Assembly (NCBI GenBank): GCA_963767925.1
Contig: CAVYGB010000002.1
Coordinates: 192,001-256,000, forward strand
From: an uncultured delta proteobacterium
GTDB lineage: Bacteria; Myxococcota_A; Polyangia; Fen-1088
Direction of reading: 5' to 3'
Length of the DNA stretch: 64,000 nt
Shown here: positions 39,510 through 49,041 of the stretch, one piece after another
How the letters are laid out: every line of letters starts with the position of its first letter
Numbering within the stretch: position 1 is the first letter of the stretch
The notes under the pieces: model-generated
Database searches by the model: none
Seen by the model: the letters and a program-made list of their open reading frames with translations, nothing else
Told to the model about the DNA's origin: nothing
Translations under genes and position numbers: made by a program

Positions 39510-39740
39510 ATGGCGCTGGCTTGCAACATCGATGGGCGCGGTCGGGCGGTGCGGCTGCGGTTCGGCTTCGTGCTGCTGCTGCTGGCCGCCGGGCTGTCGG
39601 TGCTCTGGCCGCTCAACACCGGCTCGACGCTGGGCTGGGTCGTGAGCGCGGCCCTCGCCGCCGGGGGCGCCTTCGCCCTGTTCGAGGCCCGCGCGGGCTG
39701 GTGCGCGGTGCGCGCGCTCGGCATCCGCACCCGCGTCTGA
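39510..39740 (+). CDS. Small two-TM membrane protein
   Basis: MALACNIDGRGRAVR..GAFALFEARAGWCAVRALGIRT; typical codon bias. Confidence 0.75.
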   Translation: MALACNIDGRGRAVRLRFGFVLLLLAAGLSVLWPLNTGSTLGWVVSAALAAGGAFALFEARAGWCAVRALGIRTRV

Positions 39741-39767
39741 ACGGAGACCGCCGCCGGCGCGGCCGGA

Positions 39768-41051
39768 TCAGCCGAAGAGCTGGCGGGCGCGGGCGGCCAG
39801 GCCCCAGGCCACCGAGGTGAGCTCGTTGCCTCCGGCCAGCTTGCCGGCGCCGAAGCGGGCGGCCAGGCGGCTGCGCACCACCGGGACCAGGGACGAGCCG
39901 CCGGTGGCGAACACGGTGTCGACGTCGCCGGCGCCGACGCCGCCGCGCTCGAGCAGCGTGGTGATGGCGCCGTCGATGGCCTCCAGCTCCTCGCCGATCC
40001 AGCGATCGAACTCGGGGCGGGTGACGGGCAGGTCCAGCTCCAGGTCGGGGAAGGCGAACCTCGTGTCGAGGTCGGCGGAGAGCGCCACCTTGCTGCGCTC
40101 GACGGCGCGGTGGAGGGGCAGGCCGAGCTCGTCGCGCACGAGCCGCACCAGGCGATCGATCCGCTCGGGCGCCTCGGCACCCCGTTCGATGCGCTCGAGC
40201 AGGCGCAAGGTGGCGGCTTCCTTCAGGAACGAGAGGTGGTGCCAGCGGCGCAACCTCCGGAAGAGGGGGTCCGGCACCGGGGTCGAGGCGCCCATCTCGT
40301 CGCGGTAGCGGGTGCCGAAGCCGAGTGCGCCCACCACCCGCTGATCGATGATGCGTGCGTCGAAGCTGTCGCCGCCGATGGCCAGACCGGAGGTGGCCAG
40401 CACGGCGTCGGGGCGGGCCGGGCCCCGGGCGGCGCCCGGCTCCACCCGGACCAGCGAGAAGTCGCTGGTGCCGCCGCCGAAGTCGGCCACCACGACAAGC
40501 TCGGGGTGATCGAGGGTGGCGGCGTAGCGAAGCGCGGCGGCGATCGGCTCGTATTCGAACACCACCTCCGAGAAGCCGGCCAGGGTCAGGGCGTCGCGCA
40601 TCCGGGTCAACGCCCGCTCCTCGTCGGCGGCCTCGCGCGCGCCCCAGTAGCGCACCGGCCGCCCCACCACCGCCCGGGTCCCCAGGTCGCCGTCGACGGC
40701 GCCGCGCAGGGCCCGCAGGTAGGCGGCGATGAGGGCCTCGAGGGTGTAGGTGCGGCCGTGGATGATCGTGCGGTTGAAGACGGCGCTGGCCAGGTGGGAC
40801 TTTATCGACTGGACCAGGCGCCCGTCCCCTTCCCGCTCGGCGAACCGATCGATGGCCGGCGCCCCCGCGCACACCGGCCCGCCCTCCTCGAAGAAGAGGA
40901 CCGTGCGCCAGGTCGCCGAGGGGACGCCGCCCGGCCCGGGCAACATGGCCAGCCGGACGCCGTCGTCGCCGCCGCCCGGGCTCGCGAGCGCCACCGCCGT
41001 GTTGGTTGTACCGAAGTCGATGCCGACGAAGCCCGAGGCCTGTGTCCCCAT
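39768..41051 (-). CDS. yegD: Hsp70-family protein (YegD-like)
   Basis: GIDFGTTNT, GRLVQSIKS, VVGRPV, YEPIAA, DFGGGTSDFS, TGGSS, LTSVA.GL. Confidence 0.88.
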   Translation of the reverse strand: MGTQASGFVGIDFGTTNTAVALASPGGGDDGVRLAMLPGPGGVPSATWRTVLFFEEGGPVCAGAPAIDRFAEREGDGRLVQSIKSHLASAVFNRTIIHGRTYTLEALIAAYLRALRGAVDGDLGTRAVVGRPVRYWGAREAADEERALTRMRDALTLAGFSEVVFEYEPIAAALRYAATLDHPELVVVADFGGGTSDFSLVRVEPGAARGPARPDAVLATSGLAIGGDSFDARIIDQRVVGALGFGTRYRDEMGASTPVPDPLFRRLRRWHHLSFLKEAATLRLLERIERGAEAPERIDRLVRLVRDELGLPLHRAVERSKVALSADLDTRFAFPDLELDLPVTRPEFDRWIGEELEAIDGAITTLLERGGVGAGDVDTVFATGGSSLVPVVRSRLAARFGAGKLAGGNELTSVAWGLAARARQLFG

Positions 41052-41241
41052 GGCCCCATTGGTCGCCAGCGGGCTCACCTTTACAAGCTGCCGCCCGCTC
41101 CCTATCCTGTGGGAGCTCCTCGGGATGAGTCGGAGACGGCGCCGCGCGCGCCTCCCGGCCCCCTCGCCCCAACCCTTCTGTCGCTGGATGGCCGCCCATC
41201 GGGCTGGCGACTGCGGGCCAAGGCAGGCACCCCGCTGCGCG

Positions 41242-41381
41242 TTTGCCCTCTCCCCGCGGCCGTCTGCGGCCGTGGGGAGAGGGTCGAGGGTGAGGGGCGG
41301 TTGCCCCGCCGGAGGCCCCTCACCCGCCGCGCAGACGCGCCGACCTCTCCCCACGGCAGACCGCGGGGAGAGGTGATGGCC
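41242..41381 (+). repeat. Family A element (full length)
   Basis: Two opposed ccctctcccc..ggggagagg hairpin units; matches the 2260, 20413 and 48893 copies. Confidence 0.85.
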
Positions 41382-41390
41382 GGGGGGCCC

Positions 41391-41527
41391 GGCGGGTGTG
41401 TGATCGCGGCGCCGGCGGGTGTGTGATCGCGGCGCCGGCGGGTGTGTGATCGCGGCGCCGGCGGGTGTGTGATCGCGGCGCCGGCGGGTGTGTGATCGCG
41501 GCGCCGGCGGGTGTGTGATCGCGGCGC
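41391..41527 (+). repeat. 23-bp tandem repeat, 6 copies
   Basis: ggcgggtgtgtgatcgcggcgcc at 41391, 41414, 41437, 41460, 41483, 41506; no spacers. Confidence 0.95.
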
Positions 41528-41636
41528 GCGTGGGGGTGCCTGCCTCTGCCGTTGGTTTCCAGGGCGTATCCATGGATTGCGCTCGAAAAAGCGGTTGACG
41601 GGGTGTCGTGAGGCTTGTTACCCAGATGCTTATATA

Positions 41637-41651
41637 TGAAACTGACTTTCA
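41637..41651. promoter_or_regulatory. Fur-box-like 7-1-7 palindrome
   Basis: TGAAACT-G-ACTTTCA versus TGATAAT-N-ATTATCA; AT-rich patch at the head of iron-uptake gene fragments. Confidence 0.45.
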
Positions 41652-41679
41652 CTTCCATCCTGGCGGCAGCCGTGCTCCA

Positions 41680-41978
41680 ACCTGGCGGGGCACCACCTGG
41701 ATCGACTGGGGCACGTCCCGCAGAGGCACCGAGATCTTGGTGCCCACTTCTCGCGGTAGCTCGACGGCCGCGCCCCCCGCACCCGCACCTCGGGCAGGTG
41801 CCGCTCGACCGCTGCCGCCAGCGGCGGCGGGGAGGCGACGGGGGGAGCCGCCGGCGGCGGCGGGGGCGCGACCGCGGCGGGCGGCGCCTCGGGGAGCGGA
41901 GGCGGGGCGGTGGCCGCGGGCGCTTCGGCGGGTGGAGGGCTCACCTCCTGGGCGCCGACCGGCGGCGCGATCTGGCCT
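41680..41978 (-). pseudogene. Inverted N-terminal segment of a TonB-dependent receptor
   Basis: Minus strand GQIAPPVGAQEVSPPP..LPEVRVRG (TonB-box-like)..GTKISVPLRDVPQSIQVVPRQV (plug start), with an internal frameshift. Confidence 0.8.
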
Positions 41979-42513
41979 CCTGATCACCACCTTCTCCGCG
42001 TTCCGCATCCGCAAGGACAACATCGCCGTCCCCGATCCGGTCAACACCGGGTTCAACCTGCAGACCGGCCAGGTGACCAGCGAGGGCCTCGAGGTCGACA
42101 TCGCCGGGTCGCCGATCGAGCGGCTGAGCCTCATCGGCAACGTCGCCGTCCTCGACCCCCGCATCACCCGCGACACCGACGCGCGGGTCATCGGCAAGCG
42201 GCCGGCCAGCACGCCCACCCGCGGCGCCGGGCTGTGGATCAGCTACCGGCTGCCCGGCTGGGCCGACGGGTTCGGGGTGGGCGCCGGCGGGCACCACGTC
42301 GGGCGGCGCCAGGGTGACCGGCTGGGCAGCTTCTACCTGCCCGCTTACACGCGCTGGGACGCCAGCGTCTGGTACCGGAAGCAGGCCTGGGCGGTCACGC
42401 TGAAGGCCGACAACCTGCTCGACGAGCGGTACTACATCTCGTCCCACGACACGCTGGGCATCTACCCGGGCGCCCCCCGCGAGGCCCGCCTGTCGCTCGC
42501 CTACCGGCACTGA
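41975..42513 (+). pseudogene. C-terminal third of a TonB-dependent siderophore receptor
   Basis: FRIRKDN..QTG..SEGLEVD..GFGVGAG..LPAYTRWDA..NLLDERYY..YPGAPR. Confidence 0.9.
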
Positions 42514-42555
42514 ACATGGCGGCTTGCGATCACAGGAGCACGATGGAGGCCAGCC

Positions 42556-43060
42556 TTGTTTGAGTCGGTGGGTCTCCTCCTCGCCACCGTGGCGTGTGGC
42601 CTGATCGGCTTCGCCTGCCTGGCGCTGTCGATGCCCCGCCACTGGAAGGACGTGACCGGGGCGGCCACGCTGCCCGCTGGTCGCGCCCGCGCCCTGCGGC
42701 TGATCGGATTTCCCCTGCTGGTCGCCGGGGCCGTCCTGGCCATCGTGCGGGACGGGCCGAGCTTCGGGAGCATCCTGGCCGTCCTGGTCTGGACCGCGAG
42801 CGCCTGGGCGGCGGCCTTCACCCTCACCTGGCGCCCGCGCTGGCTGCGGCCGCTGACCGGCGCGCCGAAGACCCCGCGAGGGCCCGCCGCCGGGTCGGGC
42901 GGGGCGCCCCTGGTGTCGTTCTTCTGCGCGGTCGTCTGGCTGGGGTGCTTCGGCGTCGGGGTGGTGGGCCTGGCCGCGCCGATGCCGCGCCCGCAGCCGC
43001 TCCCGCCCGAGCCGCCGCCGGTGATCGCCGAGCTGCTGCAGGTGGAGCTCTCGGACCCCG
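42556..43060 (+). pseudogene. DUF3325-like membrane protein fused in frame to a TonB-like N-terminal fragment
   Basis: GFACLALSMPRHW..LR..G..DGPSFG..TLTWRPRWL, then VVWLGCFGVGVVGL..PEPPPVIAELLQVEL. Confidence 0.7.
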
Positions 43061-43066
43061 CGCCGC

Positions 43067-43564
43067 GCGCAGCAGCACCGACGACTTCCGGCGGAACACC
43101 CCGCCTCGGTCCTGCACAACCAGCTCTCGCCCCGCGCCGGGCTGGTCTGGCAGCCCGCCGAGAGCCTGTCGGTCTACACGAGCTACAGCGAGTCCTTCGT
43201 GCCGGTCATCGGCCAGACCTTCGCCGGCGCCGGCCGGGCCGCCCTGGAGATGTGGGCGTTTTACCTGGTCTGGGCCGTCACCTTCGCCCACGCCGCCTGG
43301 CGCGGCCGCCCCGCCTGGTCCGAGCAGTGCCTCGCCGTCGCCGCCGCCGCGGTGGCCGCCGTGACCCTCAACTGGATCACCACCGGCGACCACCTCGCCC
43401 GCAGCCTGGCCCTCGGCAACCACGGTGTGGCCGGCATGGACCTCCTCCTCCTGGCCGGCGCCGCCATCGCCTGGCTCTCCGCCCGCAAGCTCCGCCAGCG
43501 CACCCCCTCGCTCAGCCCCGCCCGCCTCGCCCCCACCCTCACCCGCGGCATGGGCGCCGCCTGA
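43067..43564 (+). pseudogene. Internal TBDR barrel fragment fused to the C-terminus of a PepSY-TM protein
   Basis: LSPRAGLVWQPAESLSVYTSYSESFVPV, then EMWAFYLVW..AHA..LNWITTGDHL..VAGMDL. Confidence 0.8.
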
Positions 43565-43616
43565 ACCGGGGGTTGGATTTGCCCTCCGGGGCGGGGGTCG
43601 AGTAGAACCGGGGCCC

Positions 43617-44801
43617 ATGTCGACGCGTCCTGGTCCCCTTTCCCTTCTCCTGGCCGTGTTGATCGCCTCCGGCGCGGGGTGTCTGGGGGCGCTGTGGGAG
43701 CGGAACAAGGTACCGCCGGCGGCGCCGCCGCCGGCCGTGCCGACTGCCCTCGCCTCGGTTGTCGCGCTGGAGCTGGTGACGCGAGAGACGACCGAGGCGG
43801 TGGCGCTGGTAGCGGCGCCCGAGCCGGCCGGGCGGCTGTTCGTCGTGGAGAAGCGGGGGCCGATCCGGCTGCTGCGGGGCAAGCAGCTCGACGGGCGGCC
43901 GTTCTTCGACCTCACCGGGCAGGTGTCGCTGTGGCGGGGGGACAACGGGGAGCAGGGGTTGCTGGGGCTGGCGTTTCATCCGCAGTTTCAGCAGAACGGA
44001 CGCCTGTACATCAACTACACCGACCTGGCGGGGGACACGCGGGTTGTCGAGCTGCGGGTCGACCCCAGGGACCCGAACCGGGCGGACCCGGCCAGCGCGC
44101 GCGAGATCCTGAGGGTCGAGCAGCCCTACAGCAACCACAACGCGGGTGACCTGGCCTTCGGGCCGGACGGGCAGCTCCACGTCCTGCTGGGTGACGGGGG
44201 CAAGGCCAACGACCCGCACGGGCACGGGCAGAACCCGAAGACGCTGCTGTCCAAGATGCTCCGGATCGATGTCGACGCGCCCCAGCCGCGCGTGACGACT
44301 TACGGCAAGGGGATGCGCAATCCCTGGCGCTACAGCTTCGACCGGAAGACGGGCGACCTCTACATCGCCGACGTCGGCCAGAACATCTGGGAGTGGGTGC
44401 ACGTCATCCCGGCGGGGCGGCTGGCCGGGCCCCACAACCTGGGCTGGAACATCACCGAGGGCTCACGCTGCTTCCGGGCGGGCACCTGCGACCGGTCGGA
44501 CGTCATCGCGCCGGTTGTCGAATATCCCCACAGCGAGGGCTGCTCCATCACCGGCGGCCACGTGTACCGGGGCAAGGCCCTGCCCGAGCTGGAGGGGGTC
44601 TACTTCTACAGCGACTACTGCACCGCCCTGCTGCGCAGCTTCCGCTACCAGGACGGCCGCGCGGTCGAGCACCGGGACTGGAAGGCCGCCCTCGATCCGG
44701 AGTCGCAGCTCGCCAAGGTGGCCGCCTTCGGCCAGGACCACGAGGGCGAGCTGTACGTGGTCACCCACGAGGGCCCGATCTTCAAGCTCGCCCGCCGCTG
44801 A
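43617..44801 (+). CDS. PQQ-dependent glucose/sorbosone dehydrogenase family protein
   Basis: EQGLLGLAFHP, NHNAG.LAFGPDG, GMRNPWRYSFD, SITGG.VYRG. Confidence 0.93.
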   Translation: MSTRPGPLSLLLAVLIASGAGCLGALWERNKVPPAAPPPAVPTALASVVALELVTRETTEAVALVAAPEPAGRLFVVEKRGPIRLLRGKQLDGRPFFDLTGQVSLWRGDNGEQGLLGLAFHPQFQQNGRLYINYTDLAGDTRVVELRVDPRDPNRADPASAREILRVEQPYSNHNAGDLAFGPDGQLHVLLGDGGKANDPHGHGQNPKTLLSKMLRIDVDAPQPRVTTYGKGMRNPWRYSFDRKTGDLYIADVGQNIWEWVHVIPAGRLAGPHNLGWNITEGSRCFRAGTCDRSDVIAPVVEYPHSEGCSITGGHVYRGKALPELEGVYFYSDYCTALLRSFRYQDGRAVEHRDWKAALDPESQLAKVAAFGQDHEGELYVVTHEGPIFKLARR

Positions 44802-44860
44802 GCGGTCGTCCATTCGTGGATCGGGGAGCGGTTGCAACCCGTGGGGTCGAGCGTCGCCCG

Positions 44861-45505
44861 TCACGGGCCGATCAAGCCGGCTTTGCGCATCTCCTCGGCG
44901 GCCTTGTCGATGATCTCTCCGACGACCTTGTCGGTCTTGCCCGGGTCGAAGGTCTCGCTGACGCCGCCCCACATCAGCTTGTCCTGGGCCACGCTGTACA
45001 CGAGGGTCTCGATCGAGACGATGGTGTCGGTGGTCAGGTACCCGGGGGCCCCCACCGACGACCAGCCATAGTCCCAGTAGCCATAGAAGGACCCGTAGGC
45101 CGGACCGCCGGGGACGTAGCTGGTCTCCTGCCGCCGGTCGACGACCCGCATGACAACCGCGCCGTCGATGTTCGCGGCGCGCAGCTTGGCCCGCAGGGCC
45201 TGCTTGTCCGCTGTCGCCCCATCCGGGGACAGGCGGTAGCCGGGGACGGCGACGACCCCCCGCTCGGTGAGCTCGCGCGCCATTGCGTCCTCGGCGGCGC
45301 GACGCTGGGCCTCGTCCTTGCTGACGGCGAAGGTGGCGACCCGCTTGCCCTGTAGCTCGATGCGCTGGGCCTGGGGATCCTTCCAGGTCGACTTGAACTC
45401 GGTCGAGGAGCACCCGACAACCCCTGCCAGCGCCACCCCGAGGACCGCTGACGACACGACCGCCAACCCGAACCGCCGCGAACATCCCTGCGTCGAAGAC
45501 TCCAT
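44861..45505 (-). CDS. DUF4136-like lipoprotein
   Basis: Lipobox VVGC; STWKDP, SFYGYW, V.IET.VY..KL.W.G.SET. Confidence 0.78.
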   Translation of the reverse strand: MESSTQGCSRRFGLAVVSSAVLGVALAGVVGCSSTEFKSTWKDPQAQRIELQGKRVATFAVSKDEAQRRAAEDAMARELTERGVVAVPGYRLSPDGATADKQALRAKLRAANIDGAVVMRVVDRRQETSYVPGGPAYGSFYGYWDYGWSSVGAPGYLTTDTIVSIETLVYSVAQDKLMWGGVSETFDPGKTDKVVGEIIDKAAEEMRKAGLIGP

Positions 45506-45673
45506 TGGCCCACCTCCTTGTCGGCGTGAAGCTGGAGGCGCCGGGGTCGGCAGGCAATCGCCAGCGCCGGGGAGCCGCGGCCGTTCGCCCGCGATGACGG
45601 GGATCCCCCACAGCCCGCGAGGCGACGCCGCGAACGCGGGGCCGGCCCGTCCCCGGGCCGATCGAACACCCGG

Positions 45674-46504
45674 TCAGCGGACGCAGGCGCGGGCGACGGC
45701 GGCGGCCTTGCCGAGCGAGTCGCAGCCGAGCACGCCCAGGCGGGCGCAGATGGTGTCGATGCAGGAGCCGTCGACGTCGCCGGTGCAGGCGTCGGAGGCC
45801 TGGGCGAGCTCGGCCCGCGAGGTGCAGGCGAGGCGTCCGGCGCGCTCGCAGACGGTGCGCAGGCAGGCGCCCCCGAACTGGGCGGCGCAGATGGCCGAGA
45901 CCGAGCGCAGCTCGTCGAACGAGTCGCACTCGGTGGGGCCGAGGTAGCCGCAGGCGACCTCGATGCAGGGCGATCGCGACGGTGCCGCCACGTAGAGCTG
46001 GCCGGAGGGCGCCACCGCCATCACCTGCGGCTGGAACCCGTCCGGAGGCGTTCCCACGGGCACGGGCGCCGGGGCCGGCAGCGGCGCCTCCGGCGAGGTG
46101 GTCCCGCGGGAGGGGCCCACCGGCTCCGCCCGCGGCAGGACCGGCTCCTCTCGCGTGAGCGTGGGTGGCGCCGGCGCCGGGACGGCGGCGGTCCGCGGGG
46201 CAGGTGGTGGGGCCGGCGCGGCCGGGGCGGCGGCGGGCGCGGGCGGCGGGCCGGGGAGATCGGCGGGTGGCGCTGCCCGGGTGGTGGCGGATCCGCCGCC
46301 CGGCGCGCTCCCCGAGGGCGGACGTGCGGTCGAGGGGGCCGCCTTCGACGCCGCCGCGGGCGCCCGCGCAGTCGGTGCGGCCGGCTGCGACGCGGGCGAG
46401 GCATCCCCGGCCGTCCCACCTCGATCGCTGCCGGGTGCGAGCTGGGCGGCGACGAGCACCGTCACCACCGCCAGAAACGCCGCTTCACCGAGCCCGCTCT
46501 GCAT
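45674..46504 (-). CDS. Pro-rich exported protein with Cys-rich C-terminal repeats
   Basis: Hydrophobic N-terminus; three C..C..LG..C units. Confidence 0.7.
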   Translation of the reverse strand: MQSGLGEAAFLAVVTVLVAAQLAPGSDRGGTAGDASPASQPAAPTARAPAAASKAAPSTARPPSGSAPGGGSATTRAAPPADLPGPPPAPAAAPAAPAPPPAPRTAAVPAPAPPTLTREEPVLPRAEPVGPSRGTTSPEAPLPAPAPVPVGTPPDGFQPQVMAVAPSGQLYVAAPSRSPCIEVACGYLGPTECDSFDELRSVSAICAAQFGGACLRTVCERAGRLACTSRAELAQASDACTGDVDGSCIDTICARLGVLGCDSLGKAAAVARACVR

Positions 46505-46621
46505 CGCCCGACATCAACCTGCGACCGCCCCCCACCCCGAGCAAGGCCGGCACGCGCCGCCATCGAGTAGGTCATCCTCGCAGGCGCCCGCCCGTCGCCC
46601 GAGGATCGAACGCCGCCCGGA

Positions 46622-46793
46622 CCCCTCACCCCTCCCCCCGCTGCCCCGGGGCGAGGGCGAACGGACAACGGGAGGCCGAAATATCGGGCCATGCACCCGG
46701 CATCGTCCCCTCGGAAGATGACCCAGCCGTCGCTCGGAAGATGATGGGGGCCCTTCGCCATCTGTTCGCCCTCGCCCCGCGGAGCGGGGAGAG
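46622..46793. repeat. Family B element with inverted terminal hairpin units
   Basis: ccccgctgccccggggcgagggcgaac and its reverse complement gttcgccctcgccccgcggagcgggg about 170 bp apart; internal ctcggaagatga duplication. Confidence 0.75.
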
Positions 46794-47106
46794 TCGTCGT
46801 GACACCGGAGACGGCCTCACCCCCACTGACGGAAATGGTGAGATCAGCGATCTCGAGCGGTCACGGCCCCATTTCCATAGCAGGGAGGGGTGAGGGGGCC
46901 CCGCTGGAACCAGCCGGTGCTCAGTGCGCTCCGCTCGCTCTGCAAGGAGCCCGGTTCACCACAGCGTCGTACTCGGCGACAGCGGAGACAAACAACCACA
47001 ACGGCGCCAACCACATCGTTCACACTCACAACAATTGCGGCGTTCGACCACGCGCGCGCGGTTTGGGATTTACGGGTGATGATTGGCGGCTGTAAAGTAT
47101 GAGGCC

Positions 47107-47568
47107 ATGTACATCCGTTCGTGGCGGGGGTCGGTGGGGTTCAAGGGGATTGCGGCGTTGTGGATGGGGATCGCGGGGTGTGCCAGCTCGACGGTGATCC
47201 AGAGTCAGCCGACCGGGGCGAAGGTCTACCTCGACGGCATGGTCGGAGGCACCACGCCCTTCACCATGAGCGACACGAAGATGGTGGGCTCGAGCACCCA
47301 GGTGCGGATCGAATATCCCGGCTATCAGCCGCTGAACACGGTCATCAGCCGCAACGAGGAGTTCGACGTCATGGCCTGCATCGGCGGGGTGTTCCTGCTG
47401 GTGCCGTTCCTCTGGGTCATGAAATACAAACCGGTTCATCAATACGAGCTGGTTCCATTGGTGGGCCCGCAACAGATGCCCCAGCAGGGCTGGGTCCAGC
47501 CCCCGGCCGCCTATCCGCCGCCCGGCCAGATGCAGCCGCCGCCCGGCCCGCCGCCGCCGCAGCCGTGA
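47107..47568 (+). CDS. PEGA domain lipoprotein
   Basis: IAGC lipobox; IQSQPTGAKVYLDG..GTTP..PGY; C-terminal TM and Pro/Gln tail. Confidence 0.85.
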   Translation: MYIRSWRGSVGFKGIAALWMGIAGCASSTVIQSQPTGAKVYLDGMVGGTTPFTMSDTKMVGSSTQVRIEYPGYQPLNTVISRNEEFDVMACIGGVFLLVPFLWVMKYKPVHQYELVPLVGPQQMPQQGWVQPPAAYPPPGQMQPPPGPPPPQP

Positions 47569-47987
47569 GCGCGGGGCGACGGGCGGGCTGGTCGCCCTCC
47601 CGGCTGTTGCTCCTCCTGCTGCTCGGCGCGGGCTGCGCCAGCAGCAGCCTGCAGCCCGCGCTGCCGCCGGTGGATCCGGCCTCGGCGCGGTACCGCGCGC
47701 TCCGCCGGCCCGAGCTGGTGCGGGCGGGGCCGGTGGCGGTCACCCGGGCTTACCGAGAGGTCATCGGGCCGCTGCTGGCCAGCCGCTGCCGGATGATCCC
47801 CAACGACTCGGAGTACTTCGATCGGCTGGCCCGCTCCTGCGGGGTCGGGTGGGCCCTCGTGCGGGGCATCGCGCGCGTCTTCCTCGAGCTGGGCGCCACC
47901 GCCGAGCTCCTCCCCACCACCGTCACGGGCAACCGCCTCCGCTATCTGGATCTGCCGCCCGCGCATCCTCCATGTGGACCGCCCTGA
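47565..47987 (+). CDS. Lipoprotein with YidD/haemolytic-domain-like motif
   Basis: GTG overlaps the upstream TGA; GAGC lipobox; RAYREVIGP..SRCRMIPNDSEY..CG..AL..G.AR. Confidence 0.7.
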   Translation: MSAGRRAGWSPSRLLLLLLLGAGCASSSLQPALPPVDPASARYRALRRPELVRAGPVAVTRAYREVIGPLLASRCRMIPNDSEYFDRLARSCGVGWALVRGIARVFLELGATAELLPTTVTGNRLRYLDLPPAHPPCGPP

Positions 47988-48835
47988 CCCTGGGCCTGGC
48001 GATCCACCTCGCCCACTCCGGCCAGCCCGCGCTGGCGCCGCGCCTCGCGCTGCAGCTCGCGGAGCCGGGTGGGGGCGAGCCGGCCTGTGAGGGCGGGCCG
48101 GCGCGGAGCCATCCGCTGGCGCTCTACCGCGAGGGGGCTTATCTCGCGGCTTACCACCTCAGCGCCACCTTGCGGCTGATCTGCCCGTCGGCGGACGCGG
48201 CGGCGGGGTGGAGCCTGCTCTCGGCGCTCTCGCTCGCCGCCCTCGACGACGTCGGCCGGGCGGCCCGGCAGCTCCGCGCGCTGGCCGACCAGCCGGGGGA
48301 GCAGGGGGCCCGCGCGGGGGTGGCGCTGGCCTGGCTCTACCTGCGCCAGGCCGACGGCGCCGCCCTGGAGACCGCCCTGGGCCGCCTCCCGGCCGAGGCG
48401 ACCGCGCGCCTCCGGACCCTCGCCGAGCTGGGATCCGACGCCGCCTTCGCCGAGCGCACCCGCGCGCTGCCCCCGGCCCTGGCCGTCCCGGCCCTGGCGG
48501 CCCACGGCGAGCTCCTCGCTGCTCGCCGCACCACCCGCCCCTGGCTGGCCGGTCTGCTCAGCGCCGTCGTGCCCGGCGCGGGCCAGCTCCACGCCGGCGC
48601 CTGGGGTTCCGCCGCCGCGGTGTTCGCGGTGAACGCCCTGCTGATCGGGGCCAGCGCGGAGCTGTTTCACCGGCGCCTCTACCTCACCGGGGCCACCGCC
48701 GCGACCGTCGCCTCGATGGTCTACCTGGGCGGCATCATCAACGCCGCCGACCTCGCCCGCCGCCGCAACGACGCCGCCGCCCGCCCCGCCCGCGACCGCC
48801 TCGACCGCCTCCTGGTCCCCGAAGCCCACCCGTGA
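47972..48835 (+). CDS. TPR-like protein with C-terminal TM2-like membrane domain
   Basis: RPWLAGLLSAVVPGAGQLHAG.WG motif followed by two TM helices; overlaps the previous gene. Confidence 0.75.
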   Translation: MWTALTLGLAIHLAHSGQPALAPRLALQLAEPGGGEPACEGGPARSHPLALYREGAYLAAYHLSATLRLICPSADAAAGWSLLSALSLAALDDVGRAARQLRALADQPGEQGARAGVALAWLYLRQADGAALETALGRLPAEATARLRTLAELGSDAAFAERTRALPPALAVPALAAHGELLAARRTTRPWLAGLLSAVVPGAGQLHAGAWGSAAAVFAVNALLIGASAELFHRRLYLTGATAATVASMVYLGGIINAADLARRRNDAAARPARDRLDRLLVPEAHP

Positions 48836-48892
48836 ATGCGACCCGCTCTCCTCATCACCACGGCACGCACTCCTATCGTCATCACGGCGCCC

Positions 48893-48988
48893 CGTTCCGC
48901 GCGCCGGGTGAGGGGCCTCCGGCGCGGCGACCGCCCCTCACCCTTCCCTCTCCCCACGGCCGCAGACGGCCGCGGGGAGAAGGCAAAC
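48893..48988 (-). repeat. Partial family A element
   Basis: Matches 20465-20550. Confidence 0.8.
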
Positions 48989-49041
48989 GGGCGGTGGGGG
49001 GGGCCTGCCTTAGAGGCGTTGCCCACGATCAGGAGCGGGGG

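Noticed and set aside
41391..41527. CRISPR array
   Set aside because: Repeats are contiguous with no spacers, and there are no cas genes in the window.
46800..47090. Small ORFs or RNA in a lower-GC stretch
   Set aside because: No motif, codon bias or stable structure that I can support.
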